From Takakia lepidozioides (Eukaryota > Plantae > Bryophyta), in NCBI GenBank assembly GCA_030704615.1, contig CM060734.1, positions 48,050,001 to 48,114,000 of the forward strand: DNA of 64,000 nt, read 5' to 3'. Below are positions 41,735 through 52,780 of the stretch, piece after piece (position 1 is the first letter of the stretch; each line of letters opens with the position of its first letter). The notes beneath the pieces are model-generated. The model saw nothing but the letters and a program-made list of their open reading frames with translations, did not search any database and was not told the origin of the DNA. The translations under genes were made by a program, and so were the position numbers.

Positions 41735-42247
41735 CAACATTGCTTTGACGCAAGGTTGATTGATGGGGATGTAGTTTAGACTGAAAAGCATACAGGAAAG
41801 ACTTTTCAAGCAAAAAAGTGCTTTGCGTTGACGCAGGGTTCTTTTGGGAGCTTCAACTAATCAACTTTCCCTACCTTACATTTCAGGATATGAGAGATCG
41901 GACGCCTCCATTGAACAAAAAACTCATCAAAACCAGCCTTGCGTCAACGCAATGTTGATTCATGTACGGCATCTGTTCGTTTCACTAGAAGTTCTATCAT
42001 ACACAATGGAGGTAGGCATCAACCTTGCGTTGACGCAAGGTTGATTGCGAGCTCTCGGATAGGTGTTGAACAAACACAAAAGCTACAGGAAAAGGAGATT
42101 GTTGTCTCTTCTTCTTCTTCGAACTTGATGATGCGTCGCAAGCATCCATGTCTGTCTAGCTTGATTGTAGAGCAGCATCTGCACTGTTTTGATGCCCAAT
42201 ATATACACTTGGGAGGTCGACTTCAACCTTGCGTTGACGCAAGGTTG
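41735..42247. repeat. Five more copies of the element A palindrome, 5' of the first visible exon
   Basis: Copies start at 41735, ~41818, 41934, 42020 and 42224. Confidence 0.9.
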
Positions 42248-42560
42248 ATGTCGACCTCAATTTTTAGCAAGAACCAGAAAGAATCAGAGAGAGAGAAAGA
42301 GAGTTCATAGCCACCTCTGGTTTCTTCTTTGCACTTGATGGGGGCTGCTATTTCATGAGCGGCATGAGCATGAGCGGAAAAAAAAAAAGCATGAGCAGAC
42401 CATTGTGAGTCCACGGAAATAGGGTTAGGAGGCACGGAAATAGGGTCATGTGAAGTTGGAATGTGGCACCAGTGGACTTGAAATGCAACATTTTATTGCA
42501 AATTTTGTGGCAAGCCACGTCTATACAAGTGTGTTCTAACTGTCATAGCCGGAATGGGCA

Positions 42561-43011
42561 CTACTCTCCTACACCCTCCGAGGAACTTGCCCCACCTTCT
42601 TCCTCATCCCCCTCATCCTCCGAGCTCTGTGATGCATCAGTTCCACTATGCCTCTCAAAAATCCCGTCATCTCCTTGGGGGACTGTCCACCTCACCTCCT
42701 GGGAATCTTCTGCGTCTTCTCCCCCACTTTCCTCAGTAGAATCCAACACAAATCTACGAGCCCGACGGGCTCTAATAGCTGTTGCCTCCTCCCTCATCTT
42801 CATTTTCTTGAGGCTTGCCTCGTCTAAAATCTGCTCTACACGACTACGTTCGGAACACCTCCTAATGGACACCGAAGCAAGCCGGGCAGCATAAGTAGGA
42901 AGGATGTACTCCCTTTCTGGACTAGGCATGAAATCCCCCCTGGCAAAAAAAGGCACGTTCCTCCTGCCCATGAACTCCGGTGTAGACGTCCCTCCGGCAG
43001 TACTTGGCATC
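42561..43011 (-). CDS. Acidic ORF or terminal exon downstream of the MTase exons (unknown function)
   Basis: VPFFARGDFMPSPEREYILPTYAARLA aligns with TPFGFQGYYMSPSPPRSNRLPVYA..KLA at the equivalent place in element A (~37140-37260). Also open in copy 2 (56345-56851). Confidence 0.55.
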
Positions 43012-43136
43012 CTACAGTAAGAACAAATCCACTTCAAGAATGTCAATACCAGCACAACCAGAAAGGGTTTTCAATGAAATAAGAGAGCGGAGGGAGGTGC
43101 CTCACAAAATCTGGAGGCAACTTACAATGCCACCAC

Positions 43137-46100
43137 TCACTCGTAAACCGGGGGCTCCTCGGCCTTGATCCCAACTTCCTCCCCCTGCTCCTTCTCGGAT
43201 TTTTCCTCATCCTCCGAGGATGCCTCTTCCTCTTTTGGCAGACGTTCAGCCGTAGCAAGTTCCGAGTTGTGGAGGGCAGTATCTGGCTCGAAGGCGAACA
43301 CATGCCTGTCGGACAACGTCCCTGCCCACATTGAAGCACCTGAGGAACAAAGCGGGCGGTTAATAGCTTGCGGCATGCAATTGCAATGGGGCCAGGGGAC
43401 AAACTGAGCACGTGAAGGCTTACCCGTGCCGCATGTGAGGTCCAGAATCCGCCCTTGGACATCCGAGCACGTCTCCATGAGGGTTTGGATGAAAGCAGGG
43501 CTCCGGGTCCGGCTGTACCGCCACGGTTTGCCTGTCTTTGTGTCCTTCGGCATACTAGAGTGGGGCACATAGTTGTAGAGGACATCGTAGGTTACAGGGT
43601 CCACAGCGGCATCAACAAGACGACCGTCGTTGCGGAATTTGAACGTAGACCCTCTCTTCACAAAGCAATATGCCTCAAACACCAATGTCTGCACATCCAA
43701 CAAAGAAGGGATCAATTCCAGGGTCTACTTAACATACACCACAATATGAAGTGAATGCAATAGATTGATAACTTACACTTTGGCCCTCTGTTTGCAACCC
43801 CTGCGTACTGATGCAGAACCATTTTCTGAGGAGGACCGGGGTGACACTTTTCGGTGTCCACCTTGCCACCGTATTCTCTGTGGTCTTCCCTCTCGTGGCA
43901 AGGACAACCACACATCCACCGTCATCCAGAAGCATCCCCGCCAGCCCAAACCCGGCTTTCCAGTAGTCCTCAGTAAACCTGTTCCAGGTGGGCACACCAT
44001 CCAGGCCCTCCAGCAGCTCCCCATCTGGAATGTCGAGGAGAATCATGTCGCAAGCTCTCTCCACCTCAACCCCCCCCCCCCCCGAGTGCTCTTGCAATTC
44101 GTGCTCATAGCCGTGAAGAATTCCATCATGGCTTCAAAACCAGGGGTGTCTTTAGGCTCTTGTACCGCCAGCCCTCTTCTTGGCTTTCCCCTTCTGCTCC
44201 GCCAGAGACTTGTTGTGTGCCACCTTCTTCGCCCTGGCAGCGAGAGCGTCAAGGAAGCTCTCATTGACGCATTGGATGATGGTTGGAGGTTCTAGCTTTG
44301 GCCTGTGCGTAAACGTCACCGCCGAATACCGGCGTGTAGGCTCGCCCTCAAATGCCAACTTCTTGGCAGAGCCAGTCCCACTCCGAACTGACTTGGGAAC
44401 CCGGACGACCGGTGACTGGGTAGGAGCAACAGCAGTCGCAGGACCTTGAACGAAATCGGCGTCGGAGTCACTCTCTTGGGTCCCCTCCTGCGCCTCCTCC
44501 GATGCCCCGATGGTTTTCTTCTTTTTGGGTGTTACTGCAGTCACCTGTTTCCTTGTCCTTTTCCTTTGACCTTTACTCTTCTCATGCAATTTCTCCTGAA
44601 TTCCTGCCCTCACAAGCTCTGCCGCTTTCCTGGAGTTCGCAAGCGCTTTTGCCTCTTTTGCACCCAACGGAGGCAGCGGAGCCCGGTTTCGTCGGAATTC
44701 AGCATCCAGCTTCAATTGAAACTCGGATGGGTCGAGCGAGCCGGGCGGAAGGTCCACATACCAAGGGCAATCACGCAAATGTTCCAGATGCCACTCCTTC
44801 ACAATATCGTCAGTGTACATGGAGTCAGCCCCAGGGTTCCTCCATGCCAGAAAGAATGGTGGCTCGAAAGACAGATGACCTTTCTCCAAAAGGGAGAACT
44901 TACAGTACCTGCATTCATGAAACACACAATGAGGTCCGAAAATGGCTAAGTCCCTGAACGGCAATAGGGCCTACAACTGGAATATGGCGCCGAATTTCCA
45001 CTTCAGGGCCACCCAGTCTAGGGACTTAGCCCGAAAATGGCTAAGTCCCTGAACGGCAATACGGCCTGGAACTGGAAAATGGCGCCGAATTTCCAGTTCA
45101 GGGCCACCCAGTCTAGGGACTTAGCCCGAAAATGGCTAAGTCCCTGAACGGCAATAGGGCCTAAAACTGGAAAATGGCGCCGAATTTCCACTTCAGGGCC
45201 AGCCAGTCTAGGGACTTAGCCCGAAAATGGCTAAGTCCCTGAACGGCAATAGGGCCTGGAACTGGAAAATGGCGCCGAATTTCCAGTTCAGGGCCAGCCA
45301 GTCTAGGGACTTAGCCCGAAAATGGCTAAGTCCCTGGACGGCAATAGGGCCTAGAACTGGAAAACGGCGCCGAATTTCCAGTTCCGGGCCAGCCACACTA
45401 GGGACTTAGGCCGAAAATGGCTAAGTCCCTGAATGGCAATAGGGCCTACAACTGGAAAATGGCGCCGAATTTCCACTTCAGGGCCAGCCAGTCTAGGGAC
45501 TTAGACCGAAAATGGCTAAGTCCCTGGACGGCAATAGGGCCTGGAACTGGAAAATGGCGCCGAATTTCCAGTTCCGGGCCAGCCAGTCTAGGGACTTAGC
45601 CATTTTCGGAGCCCTGACTGGAAATTCGGCGCCATTTTCCCTAACACCACTTGAGGCCTCTAACATCCTGAAATGCCAGGACTTGAAAGAAAGGCAGCGC
45701 GTATGTACATGTACAGAAGGCGCATTGCTGTTTTGTCCGCGTTCGGCTGGTCGGTGAACTCGTGGCTCCGGCGAGCATCTGCTATCTCCCGAAAGAATAG
45801 GTTGGTTTTGTAGAGCAGAAAGTACCTCGTCACATAGTCACGTAGGCTCTCTGCTGCAGGAGATATCTCCATCTTGAACTGATGTGCTTGTGTGTCCAGC
45901 TGCTCTTGCGCATTCGTCGTCACCTGTGGAGATTGTCCATCAGATCGCTTTCCTCAAAAAATACAATGAATCCACCCCCTACTAGAGTAGAAGCCCCAAA
46001 CGAAGCGTGGGGAAGTACCTGAAACCACCATGTCATGCAGTTCATCCACATGTCGAATGTGGGGTCAGAGAGTTTGTCCGGTTTGGGGAAGCTCCACATG

Positions 46101-48787
46101 TCCCTGGTACTTTGGGAACCATTCCAGATTTGGAGCCACCGGGTCTGTCCAACCACCCAGCATATTCGTAAGCGCCAAACACCACAAAAAGGAGTTGTTG
46201 CCACCACAATTTTGTTAAGAATGTATCACCTTTTCTGTTGCATCCACACAGGATGTGGCTAGACGATGGAGCTTCTCCAATGTCATCGTGGGCTTCAGAG
46301 CGCGAGAGTAGTGCTTCCCCACCTCCACCAGAAAGTCGGTACCAAGGGCGGGATCAGCTATGGCCATGTACTTTACCATCCGCGACTTGTACTTTATGCG
46401 GGCCCTCACCTCCGCAGCTTTGACATACGATTCGAGTTCCGGGAGGGTTGGATTCTTCTCCTCTGACTCCATGTAGAACCTCCGCGCATGTGCCAAATCC
46501 TGCTGTATTTTCGTCTGTCAAGAATGCGCACATAAGATTAGAGATCCTGCTCAACACAATTTCTTCTATTGGGGGAGGAGAGACAGATTAGCTCAACAAA
46601 ACTGTCAGGAGCTTTACCCGAAATATGTAGTCCACCATGGCATCGACGCTCAGCCTATACCAGGTTCTGTCTGCCTTTGCCTCCGACTTGCGCAGGAGGT
46701 CGGCACTGAGGGAATTGGCAAACTCTTGCACCCCCTGCTTCCCGACATCCTTCACTCGGAAGAGCATATGGGACAAGTTGGTGGCAATGAAGGCATTCTC
46801 AGTCACCCTGCAGTGCCACATTTCCATCAAACAATACTGAAATGGGAATTTTCATCATATATGAGGATTCGCAATGAAATGACTTCCAAATTCAAAGTCC
46901 AAAAGCGAGAGGGGTTGTAGCTTACGAGTTGATGTCGGCCATTGCAGCTTTGAGAAGACTGCGATCTTTGGGCCCCGCAACCTTCAGCACAACACAATCG
47001 ACGGCGAAATGCCAATCGAGATCGTTGGGGTGGGCTTGGGCAATGTGCTCCATCCATGCCAGGAGGCGATGATTGCCGTCCCACACGTAGAACATCTTAC
47101 CGGACATGTGCTGGAAAAGAGGATCACTAGCAATCGATCTCTCGAACTCCTCATTTCGCGTTTGCCAATGGGGACCCCATTTGTCCACCTCATCGGAAGT
47201 GTGGGCACGGGAAGCTCCGTGGTCGTTCTCAATGGAAACGTAAAACGCGGCAGACCCCATTCGATATCCATCCCGGAAAGAGAATTTCAGCTTGTCGATA
47301 TCGCCTGGGAGGGCAGGTCTCACCACCTGCAATGACACCAAGCGGCAAAGGGGAATTCGAAGCTTGGCCGGGTACACCATGCCCCCCAGCACCCTGCCAA
47401 TGTTGCTGTGGGTTGCCTCCAACATCTTGGCAGCGGCCAACTTCATATCCGCCTCAGACATGACGTCTGCTGCAGAGGGGTTTTCCGGCAGCCCACCAGG
47501 ACCGCCAAATCCAGCCTGTATGCTCCGGGTTTGGGGCCTGGGGATGTCCGGGAGGATGTCATCCTGGTCAGAAACCTCCATGTCGTCCTCCTCAACAGGG
47601 TCAGCCACCTGCGAAACCACCTCCAGTCACTCTACTCTACTGCCCTCTCCCTGGCTTCACCTCGAACTTGCACAATCCGTGCTCTTTCAGGTGTTCTTTC
47701 CTCTCCTCCACTCTCCACCGTATGGGTAATTGCGGGGGCTGCTCTTGCCCGCGATGGTCTAACCGGTGTGTTACTGCCTCTCTGTGGTGTCTTGGAGGGA
47801 TCCACCGTCTCTGTGTGTCCCTCGCTTACATTGGCATCTGTCATTTGGGCACCCCTGGCCTCTTCAGCTGCCTTTTGTCTTTCCTCCTGGCTAGCATTCT
47901 GTCTCGTCTGTTCTTTTGCCCTCTCTTTTGCCCTCTCACGGGCTTTCTGTTTCTTACTAGGGCTAGCAGCAGGGGAGCCCTCCAGGACGACCACCTTTGA
48001 TTGAGGCGAACTGACACCCTCGCGCGCACTGCTCACTCCCCCCTCCGCAGCCCGTGACTGCTCTCTCGCCGGGGATTGCATGTGCTTAGCTTTCTTCTTT
48101 TTTTTGCGTGGGCGGGCCCTACTGCATGTGCATGAACAACCTCCATTGCCGGATCTGTTGTCCTCATGTCCTCACGCCCTTCACCTGCCATGCCGCCTGC
48201 ACCAACCTCCCCAATGCATACTCTGTCGTAATCTCGTTGCAAGTCCTCCCGTCCACCAACAAAAGGTTTAAGTTTGCCCTCTTGCCCCAAGTTGGGCGAT
48301 TGAAACATGTGATGAGTTGGAGCTGTCGATGATACCACCAGCGTGCCGGGCTCGTCGTCACTCTGTCATTGACAAAAATCGTGAAAACCAACATCGGTGC
48401 AAAAAGCAGCATCGCAACCACCATAGCAACAATCATGTAGCAAAAATGAAAACATAACAAGTTTAGGAAGTATGGAGAGCCATGCAACAACAATGAAAAC
48501 AAATGCAACCATTGCCTAAGAATGACATGCACAAGCAGCCTTCTCCAGAGCTGCCGGATTTGCACACGCATTGCAAACAATCTAAGGTTCACTCAACTAT
48601 CTAAAGTTCACTCATACAGCAAAGCCAGGATGAAGATGCAAAAACAAAGCAAGGTAACAAAGCGAAAGCAAAAAATAAATCGAACAAACCGAAAGCAGAA
48701 GTGGCTTGCCTGAGAGTACTCGGCTTCAGTTGGCGCAGGTTGTGAGCAAGACACTGGAATCTCCTGCTGGAGCTTCAGTTTGGCCAT
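43137..48787 (-). CDS. ParB-like + beta-class amino-DNA-methyltransferase fusion gene, about 9 exons and 1,300 aa (element B copy 1; small indels)
   Basis: ATG at 48787 (MAKLKLQQE..), GC-AG first intron. ParB-like exon RPALPGDIDKLKFSFRDGY..YVWDGNHRLLAW, then helical middle exons. MTase DMILLDIPDG..LDDGGCVVVL, RSPAFIQTLMETCSDVQGRILDLTCGTG/ASMWAGTLSDRHVFAFEPD. Frameshifts fall at homopolymers and microrepeats. Confidence 0.85.
44935..45640. repeat. Intronic tandem array, 7 x 95 bp, each unit with two dyads; array bounded by 21-bp inverted repeats
   Basis: AATGGCTAAGTCCC recurs at 44941, 45036, 45131, 45226, 45321, 45416 and 45511. The dyads are AGGGACTTAGCC-n7-GGCTAAGTCCCT and GGAAAATGGCGCCGAATTTCC. 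Confidence 0.95.
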
Positions 48788-49099
48788 GCGAGAGATTGGC
48801 CGTCGTCCGTAGTACAGAGCTTTCAACTTCCGCCGCGGTCTGGATGTGAGGTCTCTCTCAGGAGAGCCACGCCCTTCAGGCGGCATAAGTCCCAGCCAAA
48901 AAGATCTCATTTTTGGGTACATGCCTGGAATACCATGTTAAGCCAAGATTAGCATGAGATTTAGGGTACGTGTCCAGAAAGCCATGCGTCGCCAGCCCGA
49001 ATAATAACCGACGGCGGTCAACATTTATTGCCCAACTGCGCAATTAAATGTCGGATGAAGCCCTCCATGTCGGATGAAAATCGACGTAAACAATCCCGG

Positions 49100-51250
49100 A
49101 ATTTCCAACGTAGAGGTAATTCGGAGCGCTGCACGATGAAATTCCGGCGCCGGATTTCCATCCTGCAGGTAATTCGGAGCGCAACAGGATGGATATCCGG
49201 CGCCGAATTTCCATCCGCGGAGGTAGGGCGGCGCTGGAAATTTCCCTCACGCAGGTAATTCGGAAGCGCGCGGATGGAAATCCGGCGACGAATTTCCATC
49301 CAGCCAGGTAGGGCGGCGCTGGAAATTTCCCTCACGCAGGTAATTCGGAAGCGCGCGGATGGAAATCCGGCGCCGAATTTCCATCCGCGGAGGTAGGGCG
49401 GCGCTGGAAATTTCCCTCACGCAGGTAATTCGGAAGCGCGCGGATGGAAATCCGGCGCCGAATTTCCATCCAGGTAATTCGAATCCCGGATGAATGGAAA
49501 TTCGGCGCCGAATTTCCATCCAGCAGGTAAGTCGGATCGGTGCCGTATGGATATTCGGCGCCGAATTTCCATTCGCCATGTATTTCTGAGCGAGGAATTA
49601 CCTTCGTGCAGGTAATTCTGGACGAGGAAACATTAACATCCTACCGGCATCGATTGGAATTACCTGCACGAAGGTAATTCTCATCTGGGAATTACCTGCA
49701 GGAAGGTAATTCTGAGCGATGAAATACATGGCGAATGGAAATTCGGCGCCGAATATCCATACGGCACCGATCCGACTTACCTGCTGGATGGAAATTCGGC
49801 GCCGAATTTCCATTCATCCGGGATTCCACTTACCTGCTGGATGGAATTTCGGCGCCGAATTTCCATTCATCCGGGATTCCACTTACCTGCTGGATGGAAT
49901 TTCGGCGCCGAATTTCCATTCATCCGGGATTCCACTTACCTGCAGGATGGAATTTCGGCGCCGAATTTCCATTCATCCGGGATTCCACTTACCTGCAGGA
50001 TGGAATTTCGGCGCCGAATTTCCATTCATCCGGGATTCCACTTACCTGCAGGATGGAATTTCGGCGCCGAATTTCCATTCATCCGGGATTCCACTTACCT
50101 GCAGGATGGAATTTCGGCGCCGAATTTCCATTCATCCGGGATTCCACTTACCTGCGTGAGGGAATTTCGGCGCCGAATTACCTCCGCGGATGGAAATTCG
50201 GCGCCGGATTTCCATCCGCGCGCTTCCGAATTACCTGCTGGATGGAAATTCGGCGCCGAATATCCATACGGCACCGATCCTACTTATCTGCTGGATGGAA
50301 ATTCGGCGCCGAATTTCCATTCATCCGGGATTCGAATTACCTGCAGGATGGAAATTCGGCGCCGAATATCCATACGCCACCGATCCGACTGACCTGCTGG
50401 ATGGAAATTCGGCGCCGAATTTCCATTCATCCGGGATTCCACTTACCTGTTGGATGGAAATTCGGCGCCGAATTTCCATTCATCCGGGATTCAAATTACC
50501 TGCAGGATGGAAATTCGGCGCCGAATTTCCATTTATCCGGGATTCCACTTACCTGCTGGATGGAAATTCGGCGCCGAATTTCCATCCGGGGGATGGTCTC
50601 TGTCGGAGAGGTGCCGCCTCTCCGCCGCTCTGTTGGATATTCAGGGCCGAATTTCCGTCCCGGGGGTTGAAATATGACGGCCAGGTGCCGACCTCTCCCT
50701 TCTCCCCGACTGCATTGGAACGGCCCCGAATTGAAATTCGGCGCCGTTTTCCCATCTGGGGAGGTTTTTATGTCGGCCAGTTTTCGGTCTGACCCCCCGA
50801 CAAGACTTCCTTTGGGGGGGGCCGGATGGAAATTCGGCGCCGAATCTCCATCCAGGGGATGTTCTCTGTCGCACACTCGCCGGCCTCTGCACCCGAGGCG
50901 ACTTCATCCGGGCGTCCCCTGTTCGATATTCGGTGCCGAATTTCCGTCCGGGGGTTGAAATGTGACGGCCAAGTGCCGGCCACTCCCCCCTCCTCGACTG
51001 CATCCGAACCGCCCCGGATGGAAATTCGGCGCCGTTTTTCCATCTGGGGATGTTTTTATGCCGTCCAGTTTTCGGCCTGACCCCCCGACACAACTCCCTT
51101 TGGGGGGCCCGGATTGAAATTCGGCGCCGAATCTCCATCCTGGGGATGTTCTCTGTCGCAGACGCGCCGGCCTCTGCGCCCGAGGCGACTTCATCCGGGC
51201 TTCCTCTGTTGGATATTGGGTGCCGAATTTCCATTCGGGGGTAGTAATGT
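49100..51250. repeat. Composite palindrome field (85-bp, 53-bp and ~287-bp tandem units built on GGAAATTCGGCGCCGAATTTCC) around a long inverted repeat
   Basis: 85-bp units at 49223/49308/49393, 7 x 53-bp units at 49778-50149, and ~105-bp inverted arms at ~49482-49587 and ~49721-49826. Confidence 0.95.
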
Positions 51251-51539
51251 GACGGCATTGTGCCGGCTTCTCCCCTTCAGCCGTCATCATCCGGATGGCC
51301 CCCCACTTTCTGACTGCATACCGTTGGCAGTTATTGCGCAAAGACGAGGGGCCGCATTCCGGAGACAAAGTTCATTAACACTCTGACTGTGGATTTTTTG
51401 AGATAGTTGGCTCCCTGGATTTTGGATCAGGCTTCGTCGCTCGGACAAATCGGCATCGCATTCATTCCCATCGCTGCACCCCCTTCTACCAGGGAGCTTC
51501 CCCGCACGCCATCCTGGCAGTCTTGTGTGCACATCTCCC

Positions 51540-51996
51540 ATGGCGGAAAACCCGAGCGCTACAGTGTACTGCCGAGCATAGAGCTTCATTTCCGTGCAGA
51601 GGGGACACCTGCCGGGTGATGGAGAAATATCTGTGCGTTCGATACCACCTGAAACCGGGGTCGGTTTTTTTGGAGGAGGAAAGGAAGGACTCAAACGGCC
51701 TTGTTGTCGAGAGTATTGTTGTGCTCCACGATGATTTCGGCGATGGCAGGGAATGGCGAGTTCCACCATCGGACAGCGTCATATACAGGGCTGTTGGGGA
51801 CTTCATTTGCCCGCCAAATGCACCGTCTATCCTGGCGCCTTCCACGAAACAATCCGCGAATCAGAGAGTGGGTACCTCAAAGAGAGAAGTCCGCAACGAA
51901 GTAAATCCAGAGCCGAACCCATCCATGAAGACGACCGAGAACCGGGTTGTTCACAACCTGTCCTGTATGCAACTGTCACTGTCCAAAGGGCACTAA
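51540..51996 (+). CDS. Unknown divergent ORF inside element B (possible first exon of a second gene, truncated)
   Basis: Non-repetitive, protein-like sequence (MEKYLCVRYHLKPGSVFLEEE..VVLHDDFGDGREWRVPP) on the far side of the palindrome field. No family recognised. Confidence 0.35.
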
Positions 51997-51999
51997 ACC

Positions 52000-52780
52000 A
52001 TGACCACAACTTCTGAAAGAGGATCAAGAGAGGGAGTCCACAATGCTTCTTCTGGCACTTCTAGGCATGTGAAGATACTTTGTGCGGCAGGCAGACTGAC
52101 AGAGGCTCTACAGACTCTAAACCAAGGAGGCATTTCGGCAGATTCAGATACGTATGTCTGTCTCTTGCTTAAGTGCATCAAGATGGAAGGTTTTGAAGCT
52201 GGAAAGCAGGTGAACACTCACATTATCCAAAGTGGATTCACGCATATCCTAGTGGACATGTATGCCAAATGTGGGAGCATTGAGGATGTGGAGGGAGTTT
52301 TCCACAGTATGGCTGAACGAGATGTGGTGTCGTGGAACGCCATGCTTGCAGGGTATGCACAACAGGGGCGCATGATGGAGGCCTTGGAGACCTATGAGCA
52401 AATGATGTGCAAAGGGGTGAAGCCCGACCACATCACGTTTGTGTGCGTTTGCAGTGCGTATGCAAGCCTGACAGCCCTAGAAAAGGGCATGGTTGCATCG
52501 CCAAAGCTGGAATTGTACTAGATGTGGTTCTGAACAATACCCTCATGGACATGTATGCCAGATGTGGAATGCGATGATCACAGGATATGCCCAGCATGTT
52601 GTCATAGGGAGGTCCTGCAACTATTTGAAGGAATGCAAAAGAATGGCTTGAAGCTGGACAGTCTTTATATGTGTTATGTCTGCATGCAGCCACACTGGCC
52701 TACTGAATGAAGGAAGATGCTACTTTGATTCCCTGAGTCAAGATCATGGTATCACTCCGACAGTAAAGCACTTTGGCTGC
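52000..52780 (+). pseudogene. PLS-PPR pseudogene, paralog of the 14.5-17.5 kb gene, with multiple internal deletions
   Basis: MTTTSERGSREGV..HVKILCAAGRLTEALQTLNQGGISADSDTYV versus MGTTSEQGAREGV..HVRKLCEGGQLKEALHILNQGGISADLNTYV. Frameshifts present; it ends at EGRCYFDSLSQDHGITPTVKHFGC. Confidence 0.9.

Larger units (their letters stand above)
36538..42340 (-). mobile_element. Element A: older, diverged ParB-methyltransferase element, interrupted by element B copy 1
   Basis: Starts ATG|GGGAATGCTTGCGCGTGAGC followed by (GTGAGCCT)n at a sharp junction with a LINE RT. Contains a ParB-MTase gene homologous to that of B and 11 copies of a 24-bp palindrome. The right end is not seen. Confidence 0.75.
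42341..51990 (-). mobile_element. Element B copy 1: ParB-methyltransferase element nested in element A; right end truncated or undefined
   Basis: Starts ATG|GGGGCTGCTATTTCATGAGC followed by (GCATGA)n. Near-identical to 56110-64000, with a different left flank. Runs into a PPR pseudogene at ~51990 with no inverted copy of the terminus. Confidence 0.85.

Noticed and set aside
44935-45640. CRISPR array call for the 95-bp repeats (also 58721-59428)
   Set aside because: Whole units repeat, so there are no unique spacers; it is a tandem repeat.
49018-51386. Many ORFs of 70-311 aa (MEIRRRISI.., AGWKFGAEFP..)
   Set aside because: They are translations of palindromic tandem repeats open in several frames on both strands, with no sign of real coding.
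51250-52000. Right terminal inverted repeat or TSD for element B1
   Set aside because: I found no reverse complement of the 20-nt terminus and element A does not resume, so no TIR or TSD is claimed.
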